Shown here: piece after piece, positions 45,082-57,935 of the stretch | Layout of the letters: each line of letters opens with the position of its first letter | How positions within the stretch are numbered: the first letter of the stretch is position 1 | Source of the DNA: Tubulanus polymorphus | Lineage: Eukaryota > Animalia > Nemertea | Direction of reading: 5' to 3' | NCBI RefSeq assembly: GCF_964204645.1 | Contig: NC_134034.1 | Coordinates: 6,732,914 to 6,796,913 of the forward strand | Length of the DNA stretch: 64,000 nt | Notes under the pieces: generated by a model | Told to the model about the DNA's origin: nothing | Database searches by the model: none | What the model saw: the letters and a program-made list of their open reading frames with translations, nothing else | Position numbers and translations under genes: made by a program

Positions 45082-47158
45082 TAGCCCATTCTCTTGAAAC
45101 CGCTGATAATTCACGTAAAACATTAAGATCAGAGTCCGGAGGGTGATAAGCTTCCATTGACCCACCGACCAGAGGAGCTGCTGTGGGCTTAGCACGAGTT
45201 TCCCCGTGTTTTACAAAACAAGAGCCCCAAGGGCACTATGGCCAGCCAGTCAGCTTTTCATAAAATGGCAATTGATGATGATGCATTCTGTGGGTTAAAT
45301 CTGTCAAAATACACTCCCAGCTCAGAGTCAATACCTAATAATTTACTTAATACAATTGTAGAATACAAAAGTAGCACAGACAGCGACTGGATCTGGCAGG
45401 AACAAATACCTCAGATAAATCTTTTCCCTTGATCTTATTGATTTTAATGCGGAATAGAATTAATTTTCTGGAATTTGCTGAAAACAAAATTGACTTGGAT
45501 TTGTTGTTTTTATTTGTTCAATAAAGTAAAATTGAATTGAATTTGATTTTTTTTTACGGAATGAAATTTGATTGAATTTGTAGTTTCAGCACATGGCTAA
45601 TTAGGATATAAAGGTCATCTATCCCGATTTAAGAAAAAGCTATTTTTCCCGGACTTTGCACAATGGTCAATGATATTTTCTGTAGTGCTGCTAATAAAAA
45701 TATTCCTCCGAAAAACCAAATCAACTAAAGCTTTCACAGAAATCGATCTTGAAATACAATTTTAGATCTTAAAATAAAACCCAGAAGTAAAACGGTAGAC
45801 ATTACCGCGGGTTCACGTGAACACCTGCTGATTTCTGCGGCTAAGCCAATCATAGAGGAGTCTTTGCTTTCTGATTGGCTTTTCAAAACCAATATTTTTA
45901 CGATCAGATATTCGTGAAAAAGCTCATATAAATTTTAACGAGACCCTCTTTCAAAATTCAGCTACATAGAGTTTGGAGAATGGATAATGCTTTAATCTAT
46001 GATTTGTATGAATATATGCTCAGTTGGACAGTAAAAGAGCCTTTGCTTTGGAAACCATGTCATTTAAATTCGCTCCATTTGTATAATAATAGGCTCAGCC
46101 TACGGCTGGCCTAAAAATCACTAATCATTGCTCTAAATAGCATGTCCCTGCGGGTTCGGATTAAACTGAACGGGACAAAGATACGTTGTGAACCAGGGAA
46201 GTCCCCATTGAATGGGGCAACCCAAAAATGCTTGCGGCAGGAACGACACAAGAAGGAATTTCCACTTCTGGGACCAGATCCTCATTGAAATCAGACCCTA
46301 CCCCAGCATCCAGGAATTCAGAGTCATTTCGAATTCCGAATAACTGAGTGGGCTTGCGAACTTCTGACCGGACAATCAGGAATAGGCTAACCTGTTGTAG
46401 AAGTTGCAGTAACAACTTGTTGCGACGATGATAACAAGTTTAAAATTTTTTCTTCGAATACACAGAAATCCTACTGAGTCAGGAATTTTCCAATATCCTG
46501 ACGATCATGACGACTTCGGTGACGGTCCCTCGAATGGGATCGAGACCTGCTAATAGAACTACCTTCTTCGCTAACTGACGTCGACGAATGATGAGGCGAC
46601 TGCCGGCGAAACTTTCTGCAATAACGATCATAATTCCTCTCGTGATCTATCCTTGATCTGCTAGGAGAACTTGCGCGTTTATTACGTTCACGGTGCCTGG
46701 ACCTGGTGTAAGAGCGAGCTCTATCCCCAGAGCGACGAACGTCAGAATCCGACGAACTGCATGCCAATGACCGAACAGGAAGTTCAGAACCGGGTGACAT
46801 CTGGACCAGACCGGTGCCCGAACTGGACTGGTACCGACCGGACCAGTGCCGGTATCTTGACTACCTCGGCCGCGTGCTTGGTTCAGATCCTGTAGTCTGA
46901 ACCAGTGATTGACCGGTCATTCACCGGAGACCGGTGCCGCAGAACTAGCGTTCCTCCCTGGTGAATGGAGTTGGGAACCCAACCGTGCAAGTACAGCCGG
47001 CGACTGCTCCGCCATATGATTTGAAATCGAATAAGAGACGTCAGTGGGGACGTCGGCCGAAACCGACAAATCTCTACTATTAATGCGACAACGATCTTTC
47101 AGTTTCTGAGCCTTATCGGCCCGAATCCAAAGGTCCTCTGACCGAACCTCCGAAGTCG

Positions 47159-47412
47159 GAGCTGTGTGGCCGAGTGGTTAGAGAGTTTGGCTCTGTAGTG
47201 TCCTCGGGCAAGGCACTTATCCTCATAGCCTCTCTCCACCCAGGAGAAAATGGGTACCTGGCCTGATGACTCCTGAGCGCTTGTTAGCAGCTCTGTTACT
47301 TCTCCCCAAGGAGAGATGACTGATACATGTAAGAGTATAAAATTGGCCGGGGTAATAATACCGAAAATGTTAATGTCTAAATAAGACACATATTATTATT
47401 GTCATTATTATT
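47159..47412 (+). mobile_element. tRNA-derived SINE with internal deletion
   Basis: A-box TGGCCGAGTGG, conserved SINE core gtgtcctcgggcaaggcactt...ctctccacccagg...aaatgggtacc, and a (TAT)n tail. Confidence 0.72.
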
Positions 47413-48154
47413 AGGTCTTGCAAGGATTACCTCTGGAGCAGATTTGCGCCTACACGACGCACACGAAACGTGGTCGTCCCAGGCATCGAATAAATGTCAA
47501 CATCCTTCCCCACCACGACGTTGACCTTTAGGAGGGGGCGGCATAATTATTCAATCAATCGTTCAGGAATAATGAATTAAATCAAAATTATATTAAATCA
47601 AATTAGTTAAATTATCTCGGGAAAAAAGAAACAAGGGATAGCCCCCAAACCGAACGGACTCACCGTTACGAGAGTGACAACTCCCTTAACTTCCTAAATC
47701 CCTTTATTCTTTGGCGAAAAAATCCAACACATTCATAAGCAAGAACGCCAAGAAAAAAGATGGCGGATTTCGCCGGTGGCTAAATACAATACCGCAGGGC
47801 GGAGTCGTATAGAAAAACCATTGGCAATCCATCCAAATTTAGAAAATATTGGCAAAAACCATAGGAAAGGGTACAGTACTCGACGGAAATACTTTAAGGG
47901 TAATCTAAAGCGACTGTGGTGTTTTTTGCATGAACTGTTAGGGCTTTTGCTGAATAATGAAAACAAAAACAGAACGATTTTTCTGAATAAATGGACGGAC
48001 GGAGGCGGATACTAAGTCCCCCGCCCGTGCCCTACACCGCGCGGGGACAAAAAACCAATGACCTTAAAGATTAACGCATTGTTACATCATGTCATAAGCT
48101 ACAACTTTGCAATCGATTGTGGTCATAAAACATCCATAGGTACCAATATAAATA

Positions 48155-48572
48155 CCGTAAAAACCGGCGTATAAGTCGAGTTTTTAATCCATAATTTTAC
48201 CACTAAAATATTGACCTCAACTTATAAGCCGAGTACAGTTTTCTACTTAGTATTTTCAGGTCACAATATTGATCAATGAAGTTTTATTACAAGTTCTATG
48301 AAACAAATAAGACTGTGCCCGTCTTCTCACTGCTATAATAGTTCGAATAATAGTTCACGATAAATTATGTTATTATGTTAAAAAAAAGTTCTTTCATTTC
48401 AACACAGCTTCACTTGAATGATACATTCATATATGCGCGCTCAGAGCAGTGCTTCATACATAACACTATATAAAGCGTGTGACTCGTGCTACTATATCAC
48501 TGTATGGTAGTGTAGGCCTAAAAAACCATCTCGACATATACGCCGCATAGACTTATATGCCGGTTTTTACGG
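48155..48572. mobile_element. Tc1/mariner-pogo family MITE (CCGTA ends, TA TSD)
   Basis: TA|ccgtaaaaaccggcgtataagtc ... gacttatatgccggtttttacgg|TA. Confidence 0.85.
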
Positions 48573-49497
48573 TAGGCAAATTGTATATAAGTCAATATTC
48601 AACTCCCCCCAACTGGTTAAGAAAAACCTCTTTTCTACAAGAGGAGATGAATAATACGACAGTGATACTATTGATCAAATATCAAGAGTATAAGTCAAAA
48701 CCTGTCGATATATTCTTCAAAAACATTTTTCTAAGTACAAATGAGGACTAATGACACTAAGATGGCTGCTGATTGTGTTGCGCTTAACTGATCAAAGAAT
48801 CTGTCTGATATATTTTTAGAGCTCTTTTCAAAGCATCAAGAATTTCAAGGACCTTTTTGGGCACAAAAAAGGAAAGGTCTCGTGACGGCCATCTTGTATT
48901 TAATTGACCCAAATTTTCTCATGCTAATGCACTGTGTGGGAATACAAGCATATGAGAAAGATCAAGATCAAAGCTTTTCCAAAATTTCCCTTGAAAACTT
49001 CACAAATATGTAGAAAGTGCCGATTTTGGCTAACAACAATGGTTTTCAGTCGACCATTCTGATTCTGAACTGGCCAGTTTTCGGGGAGAATATGTATCTA
49101 GGGTAGATACATGTATAAACCATGTATAAACCAAAGATCAAGACAATCCATTAAATCGTCTTGAAAACTTCCCAAAACAACTGGATTCCATATACGGACA
49201 GACAAACGGATGAACGGACAGATGGATGAAAAGTTAACACAATAGCCCCCTGGGACTAAAGTACCAAGTGGGCTAAAATGATTGCTTGGGCATTGGCAAG
49301 GTCAACATGGATCGTCAGAGGGGGTGGGTACAGACAGCAGAGTGACAAGTGCAGGAGTCTATGCACGGGCAAGCTAACTACAAGATACCTGGCAACCCTT
49401 TGTCGTGGGGGTATAAAAATTCTTTAACCTGAGCAAAGATGCATATGTTCATATATTTCTATATGTTTTTGATAGAATATACTAATGTTGAGCTTAC

Positions 49498-49611
49498 CGA
49501 TAAGTGCAGATTCCGTTTCTTGGTCGGATTTCAAGTATATGCTTTTTTCAGTGAAATATTCCCAACGTATGACATCATAACGCTGGGTTGGTTTATGAGG
49601 AACATCGATAT
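49498..49611 (-). CDS. CHPF: CHPF-like internal exon
   Basis: DIDVPHKPTQRYDVIRWEYFTEK...ALIG; GT-AG with phases matching the neighbouring exons. Confidence 0.88.
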
Positions 49612-49766
49612 CTATAAATATTATACTTAATGGCATTCAATGAAGAAAAGAAGAATCTTGAGGTAATAGTCATAACTACACCTGGGAAAGTAATTGTCGA
49701 TAAGTGAAACCAGGTCAAAATTATTTTTCATATTACATATGGTAGGATATATGAAAGGAACCATAC

Positions 49767-49885
49767 CGACAGGCCATTGATATGCATCTTTGCCAATAGG
49801 TGTCAAATAACTGACTTGTTTTATTTCATGGCGATTGTCTTCTATCTTCTTGTGAATCTGATGGATCTGATGATGACAAAATTCT
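49767..49885 (-). CDS. CHPF: CHPF-like internal exon
   Basis: EFCHHQIHQIHKKIEDNRHEIKQVSYLTPIGKDAYQWPV; GT-AG, phase-compatible. Confidence 0.85.
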
Positions 49886-50017
49886 CTGTAGCAAAGATAA
49901 ACAAGATAAAAATTACCTACAGGAGCTCCATGGACATTGAGAAAATTGGAAGTTCCAGACAATTTGTTAAAAAGAACAAGGCCCCATGGAAGGCTAGGGG
50001 TTAAAGAAGCTTAAGTA

Positions 50018-50671
50018 CCGTATTTTCCGGTGTATAAGTTGAGTTTTTGAGACCAAAAATCATGTCCAAAAAACGTAGGTCGACTTATACAACTGCTACA
50101 CTTTCGATATCGTTTTAAACTGACGTTGTTTAGAGTTCAAGGTCGCCATGATGAAATGGGATATTAATTTATGTTAGGCTACACTCATATACCAATTAGA
50201 ATTTAGGATGTTGATAAAAAAAGTTTCTTATAGTTTGGAAATGTTTCATAATTAACTAATGTTAAAAATCAAAAGAGAAAGAAAACCGCGTATATTCATT
50301 GTACAGTGTTTATATAAGCCGCGATGCTGTGGCAGCGTGCCAATAATCAATACACAGTCAGTCTAATACTAGACTACAGGCGCGCGGCATTCAACGTATA
50401 CACTACACATTCAACACGTGGATACAAACAATGAGCACTAATCCGGTAATTTAATATTAGAAACAGATCCCAATGATTTAATAAAGCAAACAGTGGTAAA
50501 GACTCTCAACTACTTTGAGAATGACATCGGCACTGTTTTCAATTTGACATATGTAAACACATGAAGAAGCGACTCGACTTATACACCGACTATAGACCTA
50601 GCACAACTTTTTAAACTGAAAATTTGACCTCGACTTATACACCGGGTCGACTTGTACACCGGAAAATACGG
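50018..50671. mobile_element. Tc1/mariner-pogo family MITE (CCGTA ends, TA TSD)
   Basis: TA|ccgtattttccggtgtataag ... cttgtacaccggaaaatacgg|TA. Confidence 0.85.
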
Positions 50672-52206
50672 TAATCAAGTATAAATGTTTTACAAGATAA
50701 GCAAACTTGCCCTTTCCAACACATCTCTCAGAAGATGGTGATCTTGCCCAACCTGCATTGCTAGCTTCGAACCCACCCCTTTTTGCCCTAATCAGAAAGA
50801 GCCTCTACAAAATCCATTGGCATATCATAACATGGCATTTTTCCGCTTGTTTGTGATAAAGGACTATTGAGATTATTGTCTGCAAATATGCCAAGGCGCA
50901 GATTCAGACAGTAGAACAGCAGATGTGCAGATAATCTTAAACCAAAAGGGCATTAATCAGTCATCCATCAATTCCAAAAAAAGAAACAAGGACACTTTAA
51001 GTTGTCTCTAGCAAACCAAAAAGTAGAAATGGGCACATATAGTCATCCCTATATCAATCCCAAAATTAGAATAGGGCACATTTTAACAAAACTAGGCAGA
51101 TAATCTTAAACAAATGGGCACATTCAGTCATCCATCAATTCCAAACAAAGGAACAAGAAAGGGCACTTTCAGTAGTCTCTAGCAAACCAAAATGTAAACT
51201 AGGGGTCGATGGAGACCATGCACACTTGGGAAGTGGTTTCAAATGCTCAATGTTCAAAATTTCAATATTCAACGCCCCCAGGTGACCATACACAAGATCC
51301 AATGACCTTGAAACTCACAGAAATCATAGAATACGTCAAGAGCTACAATTTTACTTTTATAAATATATTGTGGTAACAAAATATGCCTAAGTATCAATAT
51401 AATTTGGAAAACCTAATTTACTTTACTATTCAATGCCCCTGGTGACCATATACAAAAACCAATGACCTCGAAACTCACCAAAATCATAGAACATTTCATG
51501 AGCTACAACTTTGCAAACGATTGCGATAACAAAATATGCCTAGGTACCAATAAAATATGAAAATACTAAGTAGTTGTACATTTCAATGTCCACTGGTGAC
51601 CATATACCCACCATAATAGCACTAAAATGAGGCAAAGCCTCGAATGCCCCCCGGCCTGAAATTCACCGCCACGTGAAGTTACAGGGTTTGTGGTAAATGC
51701 ATTAAAAATATCAAGCCACAATTAGTTCTATAAGAATGATGTTAGAGAACAAAGTGCAACAAGAAACGAAATTCTTAATGTGGACTTTCCTAAATTTACA
51801 TGAGTATGTTTAATTTTAATCAGCAACAAAATTAAACATTGGTACTCTAGATAAAGATTATAAGCAGAACAAATGAAAAATAGTGAGAACTATTCGATTG
51901 AATTCAAATGATGGGAGAAGTGACTTTGTACAGACAATAAGATTGAAAATAAGGACAGAAAATATCAAGAAACGAAATTCTTAATATGGACTTTCCTAAA
52001 TCTATATGAGTGTATCAGCATCAAAATCAAACATTGGTACTGTAGATTTAAGAAGAACAAATGAAAAATAGTGAGAACTATTTGATTGAATTCAAATGAT
52101 GGGAGAAAATTGACTTTTTACAGACAATTACATTGAAAATAATGACGGAATATCAAGAAGAAAATGTCTTTCTCAAATTATCAATAGAAACGCATACCTA
52201 TCTTAG

Positions 52207-53290
52207 CAGACCTGCTTACCCCAAAATTTCAACATCAGTAGTATTGCATATTTATCTCGATAAAAATAAGCTCACATCAGTAGCTTTAATGAATATTCGT
52301 CTTTTTCCTTTAGAGTATCAGTAGTATCAGAAAACAGAATTAATCAAAAAATAAAATTGAATATTCTTTACTTTTTAAATTTTTCATTGTTCCTCCGGTC
52401 AATGAGAACCAAAATCTGAGGATCAGAAGGATAAAAACCTCAAGTGTTCTTAATTAACAGACAGTATGTTCAAAATATGGCATGTAATTTAGCAATACCA
52501 ATCTTTTCCCAGGAGTGAATCTACTTAGTATTTTGGAAAAGGTATCAGGCAGGTGCTGCCACTGTGATGAAAGGTTGAGTAGTGGGTTTTCCCCAAGGAT
52601 GAAAATATCTATTATAAAGTCAGGAAAATAATCTTTTAAAAAGAAAATACAAAAAACAATTTCATTTTCATTTTTATTTCACCTTCTCACATTAAACCTA
52701 CCTTCAAAATAAAAAAGCCTGGCCACACAAAATACGGTAAAAACCACAGTTAAGTCAATGAGTCTTTAACCCCAGGTTTTACCAGCTGAAGTAATATTTA
52801 TCTCGACATTTATTCATACGTGTCTACTACTTGGTATTTTTCAGGACACGATAAAATGTTCATTGAAAGTTTATTCATTTTAAAAACTTTTCATACAAAC
52901 ACGGTATGAAAACATAATCATAACGCGCGCGCCTATGTGAGCATTGGTATGCTGTCATGAGTGACTGTGTGTATAGCGTGTGTAAAGAGATTATATTGAT
53001 CATACACATAAGTAGACGCACATACATACACCACTGCCATATAATCAATACTCTGACCTGATTTACGAGCAGTAGAAGCAAATGAACCTGTACTCCCGTT
53101 TTTGAAAGTTCATAACCGTATTCACAGATGTGATATACTTCAGCCGTATTTTCATACAGGAAGATAAAACAAATCTGTATTTTGAAAAGAACGGATGAAT
53201 AACCGCAGTTTTTACGGAGCATCCGTACTTCCGTATTTAGCTATTAAAATCCTTAGCAAATACGGAAATTCGGTGGGGTAAGCAGGTCTG
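52207..53290. mobile_element. hAT-like non-autonomous element
   Basis: TIR cagacctgcttacccca / tggggtaagcaggtctg; flanks TCTTAG / TCTTCG (imperfect 6-bp duplication). Confidence 0.72.
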
Positions 53291-53689
53291 TCTTCGGCAT
53301 GAATTTTTTGGCAGAATTTCAGAGAATCTGTGCACCAAGTAATCAAAAAAAGCCTAAGATGTCCCCCTCGATTGAATCCAGACGTTTTCATGAAAATTTG
53401 TCTTCATTGATACGATCTCCATCCCACACATCTGCATGATGATTCATGAATATACATGATAGTTGGTTTTCCCCAGTGACTCAAATAGACACTCTCCATG
53501 TTCATGGTGTGACGATTTCTATACACAGTGTACGAAGTTTGTTAAACAATTAATTTTTGTAAACTGAACAGATTCACTCCCCTCTTTCCCAATTTTACTG
53601 CCATTCTATAAAATTCACTGCTTTTCACGTCCGGTCACGACAAACCCTGGCAGTTGAATCATTTGCAGTTTCCAAGAAATCTTAAATAG

Positions 53690-54142
53690 GGTTTGGCCCA
53701 AGTGATACCCTACTTGTGTACCAAGTTTGAAATAAATCAGTCAACAATTGCCGCCTCTAGGCTGTTAACGTCGTTTTTCATATCGGCCCCTGGTGGCAAT
53801 AATTTGAATTAAATCAACCCAATATTAAATCGGCTTCTGGCCCAAGCAATATCCTACTTGTGTACCAAGTTTGAAATGATTCCGTCAACAATTGTGGCCT
53901 CTAGGCTGTTAACGTCGTTTTTCATGTCGTCCCCTGGTGGCCATAAATTGAATCGAATCGGACCAATTTTAAAAAGGGTTCTGGCCCAAGTGACATCCAA
54001 CTTGTGAACCAAGTTCGAAAACAATCGGTAATAACAATTGCGACCTCTAGGCTGTTAAAATCACTTGCGGCGGCAGCGGCGTATTGAGACGAAGGTAAAT
54101 CTATATGCCCCCTCTCAACTTAAGTTGAGCCAGAGCATAAAA
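53690..54142 (+). repeat. ~140-bp tandem repeat (about 2.6 units) ending in a GCG run and hairpin; Helentron-like non-autonomous element remnant
   Basis: Repeated ggcccaag...cttgtgtaccaagtttgaaa...gcctctaggctgttaa; 3' hairpin ctcaacttaagttgag. Confidence 0.65.
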
Positions 54143-54660
54143 ATCATAAGCTACAACTTTGCAATTGATTGTGGTTACAAAATACGTCTAGGTACCAATA
54201 TAATATGGAACTAGGGGTCCAGGGACACCAAATTATGCTTAGGTATCAATATAATATGTAAAACTTTTTTCTACCTATAAATGAGTACTGATGACACCAA
54301 GATAGCCGACAATCGCGTGATAATTGGCTGATCAAAAATACCTCTCTCCGGTATTGAAGATCCCTTTACATAGAATAGCAACAACAAATTTCAGTGGAAA
54401 GTACTTCGGTGGAAAAACTTTTTTCCACCTACGAATGATTACTGATGACACCAAGATGGCTGCCGATTGCATCATAATTGCCTGATCAAATATACCTAAT
54501 CTCAGGTACAAACGATCCCTTTCCAAAGAATACCAATCTCAAATTGCAATGAAAAATTACAATTTTGTTCAAAAATTGGTATTTACGAGGAATACGTTCG
54601 GACTCCCCATCAGGGCCCGGACTTGATTGGCTACCCTGACTGCCAATGTCCACTCGGTGG

Positions 54661-55977
54661 CTACTGGCTTGTCTTGGCTAGAGCGTCGGCCACCACATTC
54701 AGGCTGCCGGCCAGGTGGGATACCGAAAGAATCATCCCTTGAGCCTGGACCCAGGTCAGAATCTGAGCTGCTAAGTTGGATAATGTTGGGGACCTGGTCC
54801 CCCCCTGATTGAGCAAATAAGCCTTTACTGTGGAGTTGTCCGTTGACAGCCACACATGATGACCCCCTAACCTCCTTTTGAAGTGTTTGAAGGCCTTTTG
54901 AACCGCTAACAGTTCCAGGTGATTCATGTGGAGATGAGCTTCTGCTCGAGACCAGTTCCCGGCTTTCTGAAAACCTTCTACATGTGCTCCCCAGCCCTGA
55001 TGGCTGGCATCCGTGAATAGATGAATCGGGGCCTTCAATGGTGCTAGGGAGGTGCCTCTTGTCAAGTTCTGCGCGAGAGTCCACCACTCGAGGTCGGGGA
55101 TTAGGTTCACCGGTGGTACTGTCAATAAGGTATCCCACTCTTCCCCTGCCGATCTCCAAGCTTGCTTCCAGAATCTTTGAAGAGAACAGCTGTGTAAACG
55201 ACCGAGCGGAACTACGAGTGCAATGGAACTCATCTGGCCCAAAACCTGGGACCAGGACCGAGCCGATCTGGGGGCCCCCGTCAGGAGACCGAGAACTGCC
55301 TCCCTCAGCTTCTGAACTCTGGCCTGTGCTGGTCTGACTAAGGCCTGCGTCAGGTCGAAGTGCATACCTAGGTACGTGATCCTTTGAGAGGGGGTCAACT
55401 GGGACTTCTCTAAATTCACTATGAAACCTAATTGACGGATCAAGGCCAGTGTCTTGTCTAAGGCTTCCTTGCACTATGCTTTCGAATTTGCCACAACCAG
55501 CCAATCATCCAGGTAACAGAAAATGCGAACTCTTTTTGACTGAAGGTGTTTCTGAACCCTTTTGACAAGTTTGGTGTAGACCCAAGGGGCTGAACTCAGG
55601 CCGAAGGGCAGAGACCGAAATTGGTATGTTCTTCCCCTCCAATGAACTCTTAAATACTTTCTTGAGTTCCTGTGTATTGGTACTTGAAGGTATGCATCCT
55701 TCAGATCTATGGATGCTGCCCATTGGCCTGGCTCCAGCCCCTGAATCACCTCCTTGGGTGTTGTTAGCTTGAATTTTGGGGCTATGATATAATAACGATT
55801 TAGAGCTGACAGATCTATTACCGTCCTTAAGCCCCCAGATGATTTTGGGACGGTGAAAATTCGTGAATACCATCCCGGGGATCCTAGAGGGATTTCTTCC
55901 AGCGATCTTTTTAAAATCATCTCGTTGATCGCTGGCATAACGTGGGACTCCTGCCCCCACTTTGGCCTCATTTCCAC
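54661..55977 (-). pseudogene. DIRS RT-RNase H
   Basis: GWYSRIFTVPKSSGGLR, SIDLKDAY, LPFGLSSAP, YLDDWL, LFTDASHQGWGA, HMNHLELLAV, TDNSTV, QGGTRS, NVVADAL. Confidence 0.92.
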
Positions 55978-56085
55978 CGGCTGATGAGATAGATGCGGTT
56001 TGTGAACAAATTTCAGTCGGTATCCTTTGGAAACGATCTTTGTAGCCCAAGTGTCGCCAAATTTTTCTAGACTGGCCTGACATCT

Positions 56086-57935
56086 TCAACGGGTACCTGT
56101 GTTGGCGCGGCCACGAAAGGGTCGATTGAAGCCCCTACGTAATCTAGCCCTACCCCTTTGGGGATTGTCACTGTAAGAACTTTGAGAATAACTGACATAG
56201 TTCAAATTGTTATTGTTGTCGCTTTGAGCTCCCTTGGAGCTTGTCCAACCCGCTTTTTTGTAGCTTAATTTGCTGTTGACTTGAGATTGATTGTATCCGG
56301 GCTGATTTGCCGGTGAGTTTCTGTAAGTAGATTGGCCGGCGTAATAACTAGGCTTTTTTGGTGTCTTCCATGACTGCCTACCGGCCTTAGCCCGAGATTC
56401 TCTGATCTTGGTGGCCTCAGCATCGGCGGATGCGCAGCATCCAGAGAAAACCCGTGAGGAATTGCCCAGCGGTGCTCTGTATAGAGCTACTTTCACCGGT
56501 TCTGGAAGTTTGGAGTCGGCCAACAAGCTATATCTATTGATCAAGGCTAGGTTAGCCTGGATCCTTATACCCAAAGGCTGGATCCTTATACTCAAAGGTA
56601 CTTGGTGACACAACGCCTTGGCCATAGACTGTAGAATTCTCTCTATGGTCGCCACGTGTGCGGACATTGTCTCTGGATCCGGATTATCCTGGACTAGTTG
56701 AGACTTTACTTTTTCTAACTCGCCGTGCATGGCAACCAGTGAAATGTCTTGGAAAGACGCGATTTGACAAATGCTACGAGCTAATTGGTTCAACGCTCCC
56801 ATTGCTTGTTTTGGTAAAGTGTAGGTGGGCGGTGGTTTTTTGGGCGGTGGTTTTTTGGGTAGTCCTATCGTGGTTGACCCATCGGAGTCTAACTCAAAGT
56901 GTGGTTTGAATCCGGGATCATCAGCACCTGGTGTGGCGTAATAATAAGTCTTGTACCCCGATATGGGCGGATACATCGGAGAGAAAAATTTTGAATCCTT
57001 CATGCCTGCCTCTAATGGAGGATAAGACCAAGTATTGTCTGTACGCTTACCACCCCACAGTGTCGTGTCCAAAGTCTCACACCATTCTTCTCTATACGCA
57101 GAATGTGGTGCTAAAACTAACTCTTCGGTGTCATCAGATGGACTGAAGATTTTGGCGGCCGACCCTCTAGGCTGGGTTGGTTTAGGTTTGGCCTTGGTAC
57201 CTCTGTATCGGGAGAAAACTTCTTTTACTAAGTCCTTGAATGGAATGTCTCCTGTCTCTTCCATTGTGGATGGTGACGGAGAGCACGATCTGTGCATGTC
57301 TCCGTCCCTGGATAGACCAGTACTTCTGGATCACGAGATTTTTCCTCGTCAGAAAAATCGTTGACATCATCCAACACTAACCCATCTGTTGGGTTGCAGG
57401 ACAGCCCTGTTGGCACTGATGGAGGCTTGGGGCCCGGGGGTTCCTTACCTTTTAGTTGTTCCTTAAGGGAAGCGATCTCCTGCGAGAATATCGCTAGCAT
57501 ATTCTTGATGTCCCTAGAGTCAGACGGCTTATCAGCCGGTGATCTAGAACGTGAGCGACGACGTTGTTGCTTATTAGCACGCTTGCGCCTACGCCTGGTA
57601 GGTGACGGAGAATAGGTTCGACTTACTCTAGAACGGGACCTAGAACGAGACCTTGACCCAGAGCTGGGGTCAGACGGTGAACGACGTCGTTTTTTATTAG
57701 AGCGCTGGTGCCTACGTCTAGTAGGAGATGAAGAGTCGGACCGACTAAATCTCGATCGGGACCTGGACCTAGACACGGATCGTCCCGGATCATTGCCCTG
57801 TTTCCGAGTATCCAGGCATTCAGGTGTATCAACCTTGCCCGATGAGGACGCTGGGGTCTTAGAAGGTGTATCAACCTTGCCCCAACGTTTAAATCTCGGT
57901 CCCCTAGGGGAACTGGAGACGTCGTGATCCGACAT
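56086..57935 (-). pseudogene. DIRS gag-like ORF1 (RS-rich N-terminus), frameshifted
   Basis: ORFs 57228..57935 and 56086..57297 lie upstream of RT and are homologous to the first copy's YYATPGA...QANL...LRAPL pieces. Confidence 0.75.

Larger units (their letters stand above)
41944..47890 (-). mobile_element. DIRS1-type tyrosine-recombinase retrotransposon, decayed, YR gene deleted
   Basis: Inverted terminal repeats ~41970-42105 / ~47755-47890. Internal complementary region 42161-42255 matches both termini. Contains RS-rich gag pieces, RT (PGWFSRIFMVPK), RNase H remnants and the methyltransferase-like DWSGMHAYAFPP. Confidence 0.88.

Noticed and set aside
47159-47260. tRNA gene
   Set aside because: Only an A-box is present, with no cloverleaf or B-box, and it continues into a SINE core and tail.
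51760-52160. ~200-bp tandem duplication in a CHPF intron
   Set aside because: A simple diverged local duplication with no coding or structural signal.
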